Shown here in pieces: positions 28,101 to 40,563 of a stretch of 60,000 nt of DNA. Made by a program: the position numbers and the translations under genes. The notes beneath the pieces were generated by a model. That model was not told the origin of the DNA, searched no databases, and worked only from the letters and a program-made list of their open reading frames with translations. The first letter of the stretch is position 1, and each line of letters starts with the position of its first letter. This DNA is from Laetmonice hystrix (lineage: Eukaryota), in NCBI GenBank assembly GCA_965235115.1, contig OZ249436.1, positions 34,164,001-34,224,000 of the forward strand. The letters run 5' to 3'.

Positions 28101-29111
28101 AGTTTTCCCAAAGGGCGCGGCACCTTTTTGACGTGATACTGAATATTTCATGCCAGAAAGACTTCGTTTAAATTAAAAAAGCGCGAAAATAAGATGGTCT
28201 TTGTCTCTGGATTGAACTTTCCGAGCTTTTAACACCCCTACTGTTGGGGTCGCTCTCCCAACTGGCCCTGTCTATATATATTGACAGAAACAAATGATCC
28301 AAGTGAGCCTACAGGCATCTGGCAACAATTAAGTTGTCAGCGTATTACCACATGGGTAAAAATGACTAAAGCAAACGGTCGCAGGCTTGATCTTTGTGTG
28401 GCACAAGGAATGCTATAGGAGGGTGTGTATGTGTCTGTGTTTTTATCAGGGGAGTGGCGGGCAGGGGCAGTTGGAGGGATATCTTTGGGTGACCATGTGG
28501 ATATCATGCAAGCTACTGAAAACGGAGCCCGACCACCTCTACACGACAGGAAACTTCAGCACCTCTGAACTATACGTGACCGAAGTCATGCACCCTCCTT
28601 CCATTCTTCCGATTTTCACTAATAATTTACACGGAATCGTATGCTGTCGAAGCTTGAAAAAGAATTCCTTATGTGTGAAACATCGGAATGTTGCTTCAGC
28701 TAAGTTGAAGAGCCATACATCAGGACAATTAGAGAGGCCCCGGCTGTCAGGGATCGGTCAACCACTGTTCAGGTCACACAACATTAGTTAGTGGGTACAA
28801 GGTGTGTCCCTGACAACTTGACAGCCCCCATCGTCTGCTTGGGTTACCCTCGCTGGTACCCAGGGCTGGTGCCCCTATCTTACCCCTAACCTAATAGTAA
28901 TCGGGACCTGTGAACTGTTCACCAATCTCGCCACCTCTGACCTATCCCTAACCAATCAAATACTGGTCTCACCAATCGGGGCCATACGGCATGGTCATGG
29001 TGTAGATTCATTTAGTTCAGCGTTTTGTGAATTACAAAAGAGAGAGAAAGAAAAAATCATCCGTTTGAAGTTTGTGGTAATTATGGTATATGGTATGTAA
29101 TTGTAAGTGTA

Positions 29112-30853
29112 AGATTGTAGGCTAGGTACGGACGTGGGGCAATTGGTACTTGGGAATGGTGGCGAAGGGTCGAAGGGCATGGTAACAGTATGTTAGATTG
29201 TAGGATAGGTACGGACGTGGGGCAGGCTGGTACAATACGTGGGGTAATTGGTACTTGGGAATGGTGGCAGAGGGTCGCATGGCATGGTAACAGTAGGTTA
29301 GATTGTAGGCTAGGTACGGACGTGGGGCAATTGGTACTTGGGAATGGTGGCGAAGGGTCGAAGGGCATGGTAACAGTATGTTAGATTGTAGGATAGGTAC
29401 GGACGTGGGGCAATTGGTACTTGGGAATGGTGGCAGAGGGTCGTAGGGCATGGTGATAGTATGTTAGATTGTAGGATAGGTACGGACGTGGGGCAATTGG
29501 TACTTGGGAATGGTGGCGAAGGGTCGAAGGGCATGGTAACAGTATGTTAGATTGTAGGCTAGGTACGGACGTGGGGCAATTGGTACTTAGGAATGGTGGC
29601 GAAGGGTCGAAGGGCATGGTAACAGTATGTTAGATTGTAGGATAGGTACGGACGTGGGGCAATTGGTACTTGGGAATGGTGGCGAAGGGTCGAAGGGCAT
29701 AGTAACAGTATGTTAGATTGTAGGATAGGTACGGACGTGGGGCAATTGGTACTTGGGAATGGTGGCGAAGGGTCGAAGGGCATAGTAACAGTATGTTAGA
29801 TTGTAGGATAGGTACGGACGTGGGGCAATTGGTACTTGGGAATGGTGGCAGAGGGTCGAAGGGCATGGTAACAGTATGTTAGATTGTAGGCTAGGTACGG
29901 ACGTGGGGCAATTGGTACTTGGGAATGGTGTCGAAGGGCATGGTAACAGTATGTTAGATTGTAGGGTAGGTACGGACGTGGGGCAATTGGTACTTGGGAA
30001 TGGTGGCGAAGGGTCGAAGGGCATGGTAACCGTATGTTAGATTGTAGGATAGGTACGGACGTGGGGCAATTGGTACTTGGGAATGGTGGCGAAGGGTCGA
30101 AGGGCATGGTAACAGTATGTTAGATTGTAGGATAGGTACGGACGTGGGGCAATTGGTACTTGGGAATGGTGGCAGAGGGTCGAAGGGCATGGTAACAATA
30201 TGTTAGATTGTAGGCTAGGTACGGACGTGGGGCAATTGGTACTTGGGCATGGTGGCAGAGGGTCGAAGGGCATGGTAACAATATGTTAGATTGTAGGCTA
30301 GGTACGGACGTGGGGCAATTGGTACTTGGGAATGGTGGCGAAGGGTCGAAGGGCATGGTAACAGTATGTTAGATTGTAGGCTAGGTACGGACGTGGGGCA
30401 ATTGGTACTTGGGAATGGTGGCAGAGGGTCGTAGGGCATGGTAACAGTATGTTAGATTGTAGGCTAGGTACGGACGTGGGGCAATTGGTACTTGGGAATG
30501 GTGGCAGAGGGTCGTAGGGCATGGTAACAGTATGTTAGATTGTAGGCTAGGTACGGACGTGGGGCAATTGGTACTTGGGAATGGTGTCGAAGGGCATGGT
30601 AACAGTATGTTAGATTGTAGGATAGGTACGGACGTGGGGCAATTGGTACTTGGGAATGGTGGCGAAGGGTCGAAGGGCATGGTAACAGTATGTTAGATTG
30701 TAGGCTAGGTACGGACGTGGGGCAATTGGTACTTGGGAATGGTGTCGAAGGGCATGGTAACAGTATGTTAGATTGTAGGCTAGGTACGGACGTGGGGCAA
30801 TTGGTACTTGGGAATGGTGGCGAAGGGTCGAAGGGCATGGTAACAGTATGTTA
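29112..30853. repeat. Minisatellite, 83-bp unit, 21 copies
   Basis: Unit agattgtagg(a/c)taggtacggacgtggggcaattggtacttgggaatggtggcgaagggtcgaagggcatggtaacagtatgtt. ORF-track starts are spaced 83 bp apart. Three 75-bp variants and one copy with a 22-bp insertion. Confidence 0.97.
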
Positions 30854-31140
30854 CAAACAGATTGTAGGAGTGGATATTTACAATAGGCCTACTTTTCACG
30901 CAAAACGTTTTTGCGCTAAATTAAGACATCAGCGAAAATTTCTTGCCCAGGAGGCTCAATACTAGGCGCCCCCCCCCCCCAAAAAAAACAAAAGCAATCT
31001 GTTCTTCATCCCTCAGGGCGTGGGCCATGGCCCCTGCCCCCCCCCCCCCCCCCTAGATTCGGGTGTGATATGGGCCTTCTGATTGGCTGATGTTTTATAG
31101 AGCAGCAACAGGAGATGCGCCATACCGGAAGCGGAAGCGA

Positions 31141-31845
31141 GTTTAGGTTTTGCGGAGTTCTATAGGAGCTGTGTGGAGTGGGTGTAGGTGTTAATGGGGA
31201 CCGGTTTAAGATGTGAAATGGTTTAGGTTTTACGGAGTTCTACACGAGCTGTGTGGAGTGGGTGCAGGTGTTAATGGGGACCGGTTTAAGATGTGAAATA
31301 TTTGTTATGATGAGTTTAGCTTTTGCGGAGTTCTACACGAGCTGTGTGGAGTGGGTGCAGGTGTTGATGGGGACCGGTTTAAGATGTGAAATATTTGTTA
31401 TGATGAGTTTAGCTTTTGCGGAGTTCTACACGAGCTGTGTGGAGTGGGTGCAGGTGTTGATGGGGACCGGTTTAAGATGTGAAATATTTGTTATGATAAG
31501 TTTAGATTTTGCGGAGTTCTATACGAGCTGTGTGGAGTGGGTGCAGGTGTTGATGGGGACCGGTTTAAGATGTGAAATGGTTTAAGTTTGCGGAGTTCTA
31601 TACGAGCTGTGCGGAGTGGGTGCAGGTGTTGATGGGGACCGGTTTAAGATGTGAAATGGTTTAGGTTTGCGGAGTTCTTTACGAGCTGTGTGGAGTGGGT
31701 GCAGGTGTTGATGGGGACCGGTTTAAGATGTGAAATGTTTGTTATGATGAGTTTAGATTTTGCGGAGTTCTACACGAGCTGTGTGGAGTGGGTGCAGGTG
31801 TTGATGGGGACCGGTTTAAGATGTGAAATATTTGTTATGATGAGT
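31141..31845. repeat. Minisatellite, 8 copies of 92-93-bp and 79-80-bp unit variants
   Basis: Unit gtttag(g/c/a)ttttgcggagttcta(c/t)acgagctgtgtggagtgggtgcaggtgtt(g/a)atggggaccggtttaagatgtgaaat, with or without atttgttatgatga. Starts at 31141, 31221, 31314, 31407, 31500, 31580, 31659 and 31751. Confidence 0.96.
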
Positions 31846-34527
31846 GACTGGATGTCAGGGTGGAGTTGATCAGTGGAGCCTGATAACTGCCACATGCATA
31901 TTACATGCTGCGTGCTGCCGAGGCGTATATCGACCTCAGCCCATGACGGCGGCCCTCACCTATAGTACAGTACAGATCCTTCCATTCACCCTAACCGTGT
32001 CATTGTGGGCAAATTATAAACTACATTTTTATTCAGCGGGTAACCTGTTATCTGCATGATGCCCATTATGTAATCCGTGTCTGATGCAGTTATCGTGTTT
32101 TTTAGAGAGTAATCTTTTTTCCTATTTGTGCCCCACTTGCCCAAGGGAACATCCTACACCCCACCCGGCTCGCCATAAAATATGTAGCACACTAAAAACA
32201 CAACTCAATGCAGAATTATTACGGATAAAACCCAAGCGAAAATAGCCCCATTAAATTTATTTGTTTTGCTTGTTTCTGGGTTTGACACCGATCGCAGTTG
32301 GAAGCAGTTGCCCCAAGCACGTTTTGTGCCAAATGTTTCATTTATTTATCGATGTCAGTTGGCATGATTTGCACGGAGGTGAGAGGCCAGGTGCCTTTGT
32401 GAAATATGTCAGGTTTAATTCGGCATTGTGCTATTCTCGAAGTATAGCATTGGATCAATGCCGGGATTTAAAAAAACCAATACGATGGGTGTATCTGTGA
32501 AATAGTTTTACACTGGGACGGAAAGAAAGAGGCCTAGGCCTATACCATTTCCGAGTCTCTGGCAGTACAGATTAAATAGAACGTTAGTAGTAGGCCTGTA
32601 TTATGTTAGTGGTGCTAATGGTACTTAATGAGGTCTCGACACTCGTATTGTACGCTGCCATGTGTGTACAACAAAACTGATACATTGTGGGGTACCCGGT
32701 ATGCTTTTACTTGACGATCGGATAGTCTAGAGTGTGGTTATTTTGCACACGCATTCTGTAGTATTTTTAATGTTTTCTGTTTTTCTATATGTTTAAACCT
32801 GACAAGGTGTGGATATGTTTCTGCGTGGATGTCTTACAATGTAAGACTTGATCCTCGTTGACACTGGGTCGATCGTATCCTCGGCTCAGGTCAACTGGTG
32901 ACGTGTGATGGGGACGAGGAGGCTGCTTGAGGAAGAGGAAAGTTTGGCCTTAGTTTTCACCGCCCCGTCAAAGATAGGCCGATCTTGTGCTAGACTCAGG
33001 TGTGTCTGGGGTGTGGGTGTGGGTGTGAGTCTGGGTGTGACTGTCTGGATCGCTGTATATATACGGGAGGGGTTGTCAAGTCGCTAGTATATAGCAAACC
33101 GCTGTCTATGAGATATACAATGTAGGCCTATACGATGCGGTGGAGCGCATCAGGGGGAGGGGTGGGGGTGGGGGCGCCACCCAGCGCGGTCCGGAGCCAG
33201 GGGAGGTCGACCCTCACCATGTCCTCCTTAATCGGGATCACCTCACCTGCTTACCTTACACAATAGCGACTGTTTACCTACACGGGGTCCATGTGCTCAC
33301 CGCCCCACACATACACGGTGTACACCCCATAGGCCCACCCTGGTACACCAGCCAGGCATGTGGCGGAGGATAGGGGCCCCCAGCACCGTGAGGCCCCCCT
33401 ACTCAGGGGTGGAGCACTCTGCAATATACCCCTTGCCCCACCCTGCATTACCCCACTACACCAACTAATTTCCCTCCCGCTGTTTGGTAAGAAAATATGA
33501 GGCCAGCTTTCAGCATCTGTGGGGGCCATAGGATCTGGTAGTCGGTTACATTTATCTAGGCTCTTCCCTCAATCTCCCAGCCAGACACTCTACACGGCCT
33601 ACGGACCTGACATCAATTATATCAGTCTTTTTTCCCCTCAAGCTCTTGGTGCCTTTGCGCAGAAATAAGCTTTTTTAATCTTAACCCTCAACTGGGCTGG
33701 GACACTGTTGAGTGCTCTGTGCTTGTATGTCTGAGCGCAGTTTGTACGTCAGTTACAAATTACCTTACGATGGAGAAGAAGTACTTGGAAGTGGTAAAAA
33801 GACAAGCCAGCAGAATGAAGCTGGGAGGGACACTAGTGAAGGCCCAGCTACAAAAGATGTGGGGAAGACTTAATGAGTTTAGCGGGAGACGCAAAGGGAG
33901 ACGGTAAAAAGCGGAGATGGGTAGGGGTGTCTGAGATATGGACTCTGTCTCCTATAGTCCGATCAATAATACAGAGCTGTCTGAGCGGGTTCTCACCTGT
34001 TTCTATGACACGAGTAACTGCTTGTGACATAATCATCAAATCTTCATCTCGCTTGGTGGCACTGCCGGGTCCTCAGCCCACACCCGACTTGTCACCCAGA
34101 CAGGACCAACTCACAAAGAACGGTTTCTGTTACCATGACAACATGATCGAAAAAAAACCTCCCAGCCCCGGTGGTGGGGAGCGGGGAATGCAGTATTGCC
34201 ATGCAAAGTTTTCTTTTCTTAGTCAGAATAAGAGAGAGGACACGTTTTCGATCAGCACCTAAAAATAATCATGTTTGACTGAGTACCATATTATATGTGT
34301 GGAGTTATATTTCCAGGGAGGTGATTTTTAAGGAGTCCTGTAGTGGCAGGCCACTAAACTGAAAATTTATTGAATATTCAGAAATGATGTAATATTCATA
34401 AACACTTTCAGGTGTTTCACGAAGCCGACAGCATTGCTGCAATGACTAGCATCAGTTATTTGATCTTGTGCCCTCGATCTTCAAGACCGTAGCATTGTTT
34501 GGTTTTGCTAGTCACAGTAAGTGCCAT

Positions 34528-34566
34528 CTGACATTGATACTTTTTCCTTCTCTTTTCTAGGTGAGT
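34528..34566 (+). other. Candidate recursive splice site (branch point, polypyrimidine tract, TAG|GTGAGT)
   Basis: ctgac (34528-34532), 19 uninterrupted pyrimidines ctttttccttctcttttct (34540-34558), AG at 34559-34560 directly followed by consensus donor GTGAGT. No other AG between branch site and acceptor. Confidence 0.5.
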
Positions 34567-36544
34567 CAAAGGTTTCCACCCGGTTGGAATTTGACAGTGA
34601 GTACAATCCGTAATTATAGGTATTGTATTGCCTTTCCAGACATAACATTGTTTGCTGCAAGGACAAGAAGCTGTCAGTTGAACGTAGTAAAAATCCGACT
34701 CATTCCAACATTACCTGAAAAGGGTCACACAAAAAGGGAGCAGGGCAGAGCCTTAAGGCCTGTTCTGTCACACAGTCAGCCGTCGCAATTTATGTAAAGG
34801 TGACTGAAAAAAAAGCAGCAAAGATCACTGAAGACTGACAATAAAAGAAGTCTTTCTACTGTCCATATCATTGTCTCAGGTGATCCAAAGGGCCTTTCAC
34901 CATAACTCAGGAACTCTTTGTGTAAAAAAATAACACCATCTCGCGGGGAAAAAGGGAATTGGGCGGGAAAAGAGGGCAAAAAAGGAGTCAGAATAGGATA
35001 TAAACAATGGCAGCTGTTGCTCAATTATGACAGTCACAGTATATGTAGCCACAAGAAGGACAAAACAAGCCTTGTGTGAAAAACATCAGTGTCATGGTAA
35101 AATTTTGTCAGAGCTAATGAGGGGCTGGGAATAAATCTGACAAACTCACTCCTATTCAACAAAAAGGACTCTAAATGGAATGCTTGAATTGTAAACTCCT
35201 GTAATAAGAGATTATGTAGGAAATGGAATGTTAGATTAGAACCATGCAGTTTGTATATCAAATTATAGTTGATATAATGAATTAAAATCGATGGCTAAAG
35301 ATCGGAGTTTAAGATGATTTGAATCGGCAGTGAATCATTACATGTGTGGCTAGAGTAAACAACCATTGCATGTAAAATATTTTAATAGATCAATAGTCAA
35401 TATGAGCTTAAAAAAGTAAAAAAAGACAGCTCTACATTTTTCACATGATGCTGAAATGGAGACGATGTATTCTTGCTTGTGTTGAGAAGTCAGATAGGTG
35501 ATTGGGGGTATAGAGTGGGCAAGGGTCAGGGGTGTGGGGTTCCAGCGGGGGTAAGGGTAAGACCGAAGTTCAAGGTGTTGGAGACTAGGATGGTGGGGCC
35601 GTTGACAGACAAGGTGGTGGCCTTGTTGTCGACATTTACATGCTAGTTTAACCTTGACTATAACCTTGACATCAGGGTGTGGAGCAGATGTCAGACCCAG
35701 CCCGTCAACCAGCAACGCCACCACGTCAGATAGGTGGCAGCAGCGTCGGCCCCTGCGGCGGAGGCCGTCTGTCCCGTACAGATCGTCATGTCAGTGGTGG
35801 TCTACAGTTATGTGGGTAGGGCAGAGTACCTAATGATCAACTTGACCAAAGAAACTGAGATCCTCCGGATCTTACCGTGCCAGGATAATGTTTTACATTG
35901 TCACTGGTAGATTACCCTGGATTGAAATTGAGAAATGAATCATAGGGGGGGGGGGGGTACTTCTGCTGCCTGGTCTGGGCTCATTTAAAAGATGTGAGAC
36001 TTAGAACAGTGGTCTACCAGTAAATTCAGTCTGTATAAATATAAATTCTTAGAATCTAAATCCAGATAACGTTAAAAGTGAGGGTGTGTGGGGATGGGGT
36101 GTGTGGTCTCAGCAGAGAACGCGACAAGAATTGTTTTTACACGGGTTATGTCAGGTGTTTTAGAAAAAAGTTGGCTTCAAAAGACCGGAATTATCTTAAA
36201 ATGTATAATTTACTTATAGTTGTGTTGTGCCTGTATTGGTTGGTGAGATATAATGGTGTTTATGGAGTAGTTTATAGTGATTGTGTGGCAGTATTGGCGA
36301 GGACGTGAAGGGCCTGTCTCGCCAGTGTTCGGATTGTAGTCTAGCCGTTTGACTGACAGTCGTTCACCTGGAGGTGGGCAAGGGGTTGAAGGTGTCGGCG
36401 CGGGGAGCAAAGGTGCTGCCACCTCCAGTCTGGCCTCCTGTCGGCCCTTGTCAGTGCTGCTCCCGCATCAACAGTCAGAGCACAGTGGGACGGCCGCCCG
36501 CCACAGCAGCAGCAGCCAGCCAGCCACGATACTGCTGCCAGAAG

Positions 36545-36545
<1 letters not shown>

Positions 36546-36587
<42 letters not shown>
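36546..36587. repeat. (CAG)14 microsatellite
   Basis: Perfect triplet run; a shorter CAG/CAGC run lies at about 36503-36525. Confidence 0.95.
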
Positions 36588-36590
<3 letters not shown>

Positions 36591-37656
36591 GAGCCGCCAG
36601 TCATGGTGTCGCTCACATTCACCAGTACCACAGTCAGCGTAGGGACTCCACGTGCGAGCTCCCACTTCACTGACAATGTGGCTACCATTCTCTTTCTCTC
36701 GCATCACACTGCACTTACACACAGTGGGCAAATACTGTTTATTATGCAGTAGTAGTAGTATCCACTGCCCTTAAGGCATACTAATCTTATCAAAGGAGTG
36801 GTTATTGTAAATAGATAAACCGAAACTTAATAGTTCCTTTTTGAATAACTTTTCCATGATCGGCCTATGAGAACCTTTAAAGATGGCAAGGCCATTCTGA
36901 AACATGACTTTTTAAAAATATTTCTAATGACCTGTAGACGTGAGCAGACTTTCTTACCAACTTACGCCAACTTATGTTAATGAACAGACATTAATAAGAA
37001 TATTTATGAAATCGTTTTATTTCCATTAGTTATGTTTACTGAATATCAGGAACTTTCTTTGACGAAGTTAGCCAACTGGGACTATCAAACCATTTTAATT
37101 TGAACACCACTGTTCATTACTAAATGGGTTCATGCTGATTCCTGTCTTTGTTAGCTTTTTTTCAAACTCCTTGAGAAATTCAATTCACAGGGGGGAATTC
37201 TGTCCACATCTGTTTGCATTTATATAATGCATTATGGAGTTTCACAGTATTTAGAAGAATAATATTGACCAGGAGAGGGTCGTGATGGCCAAGGGTACGC
37301 GTCATTTTTTTCGTCAAGAGGGGGACTCTTGTGTGTTGGAGCGAGGTTGGATCCCGGAGTTGAAGCCCCCATTGTGTGTAGATGTTTGCTTCAGTCTTTA
37401 CACAAAACACAGCTCTGATCTGCAGTTATGGCATGCTGTGTCACAACACAATGGCTCACATGACCGAATGTATGTACAGGGCTAACATGTCATCTTGACC
37501 TACTTAAAGAGGAATCCACGCGTGTGAATTATTATGCCTGCCAAACATGCTAAAGGGCAGGGATGTCTGCGAGAAAGGGCTCGAAGTACAACACTGCATG
37601 CAGACAGGGAGCAACATATATATACATGTATATTATATTATATATGTATGGAGGCT

Positions 37657-37710
37657 GTGGTGGTGGTGGTGGTGGCGGTGCTGGTGGTGCTGGTGGCGGC
37701 GGTGGTGGTG
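37657..37710. repeat. (GGT)/(GGC)/(GCT) imperfect triplet microsatellite
   Basis: gtggtggtggtggtggtggcggtgctggtggtgctggtggcggcggtggtggtg. Confidence 0.85.
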
Positions 37711-38701
37711 AGCCGTGTGGAAGTCCCGGCCGCTATGATGTTTGCTCTCATGTCTGGCTTTGCTTGGTTCGTGTGGAGAGGTCAGCGTCAACAGCCGCTA
37801 ACAAGGTCACACCTCGACATCCTGACGGCCCACAGCACAACCTTCATGCCTCACCTGACACTAGACCTCGACACCGGTACACCTCAACGTCTTCATAATC
37901 TTTTCATGTCTCGCCTGAACTTGGAGAGTTTTTTTTATTACTCCCTTCGGACCAGGATTGTTTACAGTGGCGTTATCTGAGGGCGGTTACCGCTATCTGA
38001 CCTCCGCTTGCCAAGCTTGCTCCGGGTCGGTGACCCAGTAAAAGGTCACACGACCTCTGCTAATCAAATAATGATAATGAAACAATATACATCGTGGCTG
38101 GTAGTTGGGGCCAAATAGCGTAATGTCGGTAATTGCACACATTCAATTTAGCAGGGAATAAGCAATAAAATATGATCAAAAAAAGGTCACGGACATAGTG
38201 CTCCAAGGTTAGCCTCGATAACTATGTGGACAATGTGTGACTGAGTTACAACCGCCGCCACTGTCAGCCTGGCCATAAACTACACTATCCCCGACCGGTT
38301 TTTTTTATCTACAAAATGTCCTCACATGCATACGTTCACATATACTCTCTATCTCTTTCATGTAGATCTCTCTTTCTCTCTGTAATTACCTTAATCTTAT
38401 ATAATGTGTATTATTCCTATACGTTACAGTTTATGCTATGATATAGTGGTAGAGATGAATAAGTACATTTGGTTTATCTTAATAAAGTTTTTGTGCATTG
38501 ATAGGCCAAATAGGTCGTGCAGATCACACAATAATTGGCAGTGAATATCTTCGCCAATTTCTCTTGGTAAAGGATGGCATAGAGCCCAGAAAGTTGTTAT
38601 CAGCTTAGTGTTAAGTGGTGTCAATCGAGCCCATAGTTGTGCCATCGGGTACGTATGCAAAACAAGCAGATAAGACCGACTTTAATTGTCCAACATTGGT
38701 T

Positions 38702-39496
38702 TCCCATATCTTTAACTAGAGAGGGATCAGTTTTCTCCACAACCACCAGTAAGTCAAGGTCGCCATTGTGTTTTAAGTTTGATGATAGTGAGATAATTTA
38801 CCACTTCTAAGGATTGAGGCGTTATGATACTAATTAATAAGAATTTTTCTCTCTAAAATTATGGCGAAATGGTCGGGGTTTTAAGGTGGATAAAAAGGTT
38901 TTGGTTAAATACTAAGATATATATTTTATAGAGGCCTACATCTATCTTTCAATGGAGTTAGAGATAGTGTCCCAGAAAGGTAGCATTCAATGAACTGTTC
39001 GGAGAGGGGAAGGTTTCTTTAGTTCACATCACAGCAGTTAAATACATATTCTCGAACTGATTTTGAACTGATTTAACATTACTTTTAACCTGGTCCTGAA
39101 ATCAAAAAGCCGAATCATTACCCAAAGTGTATGTGTCAGCACTGTCATCTTTGTTCGTACGTGAGGTGATCTTGCGGAACTGTCTGGGACATAGAGTATC
39201 GTGGCGATCTAGAAGGGCAGGTTGAGGTCAGTTTATTTTGTCGTCTGTGTGTCCGTTTTGTCAAATTAACTTAACAAAGACCCACCAAATGAGCGGAAAT
39301 GGGTCTTTATCATTTCACAATAGTGTATATTGGTAGTGTATATATTGACGGACCTGGTATATAGGAGCTCTCTAGCCTTACACAGGCATTCTCTCACTTT
39401 TGTCGAGGGAGGAAGTTAAGTTTGTAACTCTTGGTGCTCATCTGGCTTGTTGGATAGATATCCCATGTTTAACTGGAGAGGGATCAGTTTTCTCCC
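38702..39496. repeat. Dispersed direct repeat pair (~28-35 bp) about 757 bp apart
   Basis: tcccata-tc-tttaactagagagggatcagttttctcc (38702-38738) and tcccatg-tttaactggagagggatcagttttctcc (39461-39495); the 28-bp cores differ by one base. Confidence 0.8.
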
Positions 39497-40563
39497 AGCG
39501 GGTATGACAAAACCCTTTCAGTTAAAAAGAGAGTTGTATACAAGTCTAAAAGTCCATTCCAACGTTATCTTAGTGCACAGTTCATATCTAGGCTTTGAAG
39601 CATGTTTACCTTTACCTCAAATGTTAAAAGTAAAGTGCCTTTATAAATCATTATAGTAAAGTACACATGTGTATTATGTATACAAGGTGTAACCAAATAC
39701 TAGTATTTACTCCAAGGTCATTTTTCTTTCAGAGTAATGGGAACCTGTAAATTGGTAGTATCTATTTATAGTATATATATGTAAGTGAAGTAAGTAAGTC
39801 CTTTTTTTGTAGTCTGACCTCGACGAGCCTGCCGGAATTAGGAACGCTCTTTGTTTTTTTTCATAGCTGCTCGTAAACAAGCGGTTCTTTCTCTTTGTCC
39901 AACTGATACTATCTCTGCTAATTTTCCACTGATGGGCCACCACAGCTGTGAATAGCATCGCCAACTCTGTAAACTCAGCCACTACTGTATGCTCAGACAG
40001 CCCTCTAAGGAAGTCGTTTTGACCTCTCCCAACACACACACGTACAAATAAAAAATAAAAAAGTCTTTGTTTAGTTTAGAAAAAAAGATTTGTTAGCATC
40101 CCATCAGTACTGTTAAGACGGCTACATAATTCATGGTAAATAGTCTTCACCCTGCCCAGCTCATCGGTCCCAGGCCGCCTAGGGCCCCGGTTCTCACCAG
40201 CCCGCGGCTTACAGCTAGCTGGCCTACCCACCTACCGACCCTAGTACATGTACCGACCTCCCTACTGGCCATGCTAGGACCCACGCCGAATTAATAAGTC
40301 TAATTAAGATGCCTGGCATGACCATCCGGGCCATATATCTTTCAGCAGGTGGTTGTAACCTTTGATTGTGTTCCCTTGTAACAAATGAATCATGACCGCT
40401 GCTTTCCCAACCTGATCTCCTGGCCGTGATGTGGACACATCAGTTAAAACGTTTGCTCGGTCAGGATTGGGTAGGCTGAGAAGGTAGCTGGGTCCCCGGG
40501 TCAATGGTTTAAAGTGAAGGGACAGGGTTGTAATTGAACACAAGGTTTGCTGGATCAATACAA

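Noticed and set aside
29081..30965. Ladder of overlapping ORFs (MPFDPSPPFPSTNCPTSVP...)
   Set aside because: Artefact of the 83-bp tandem unit, which is not a multiple of 3, so frames rotate and terminate regularly.
31253..31869. 31-aa repeat ORF (CVEWVQVLMGTGLRCEIFVMMSLAFAEFYTS)n
   Set aside because: Open only because some units are 93 bp; the 79, 80 and 92-bp units break the frame, so there is no sign of coding constraint.
36341..36731. Poly-Ser/Ala/Cys/Leu ORFs
   Set aside because: Produced by the (CAG)14 microsatellite.
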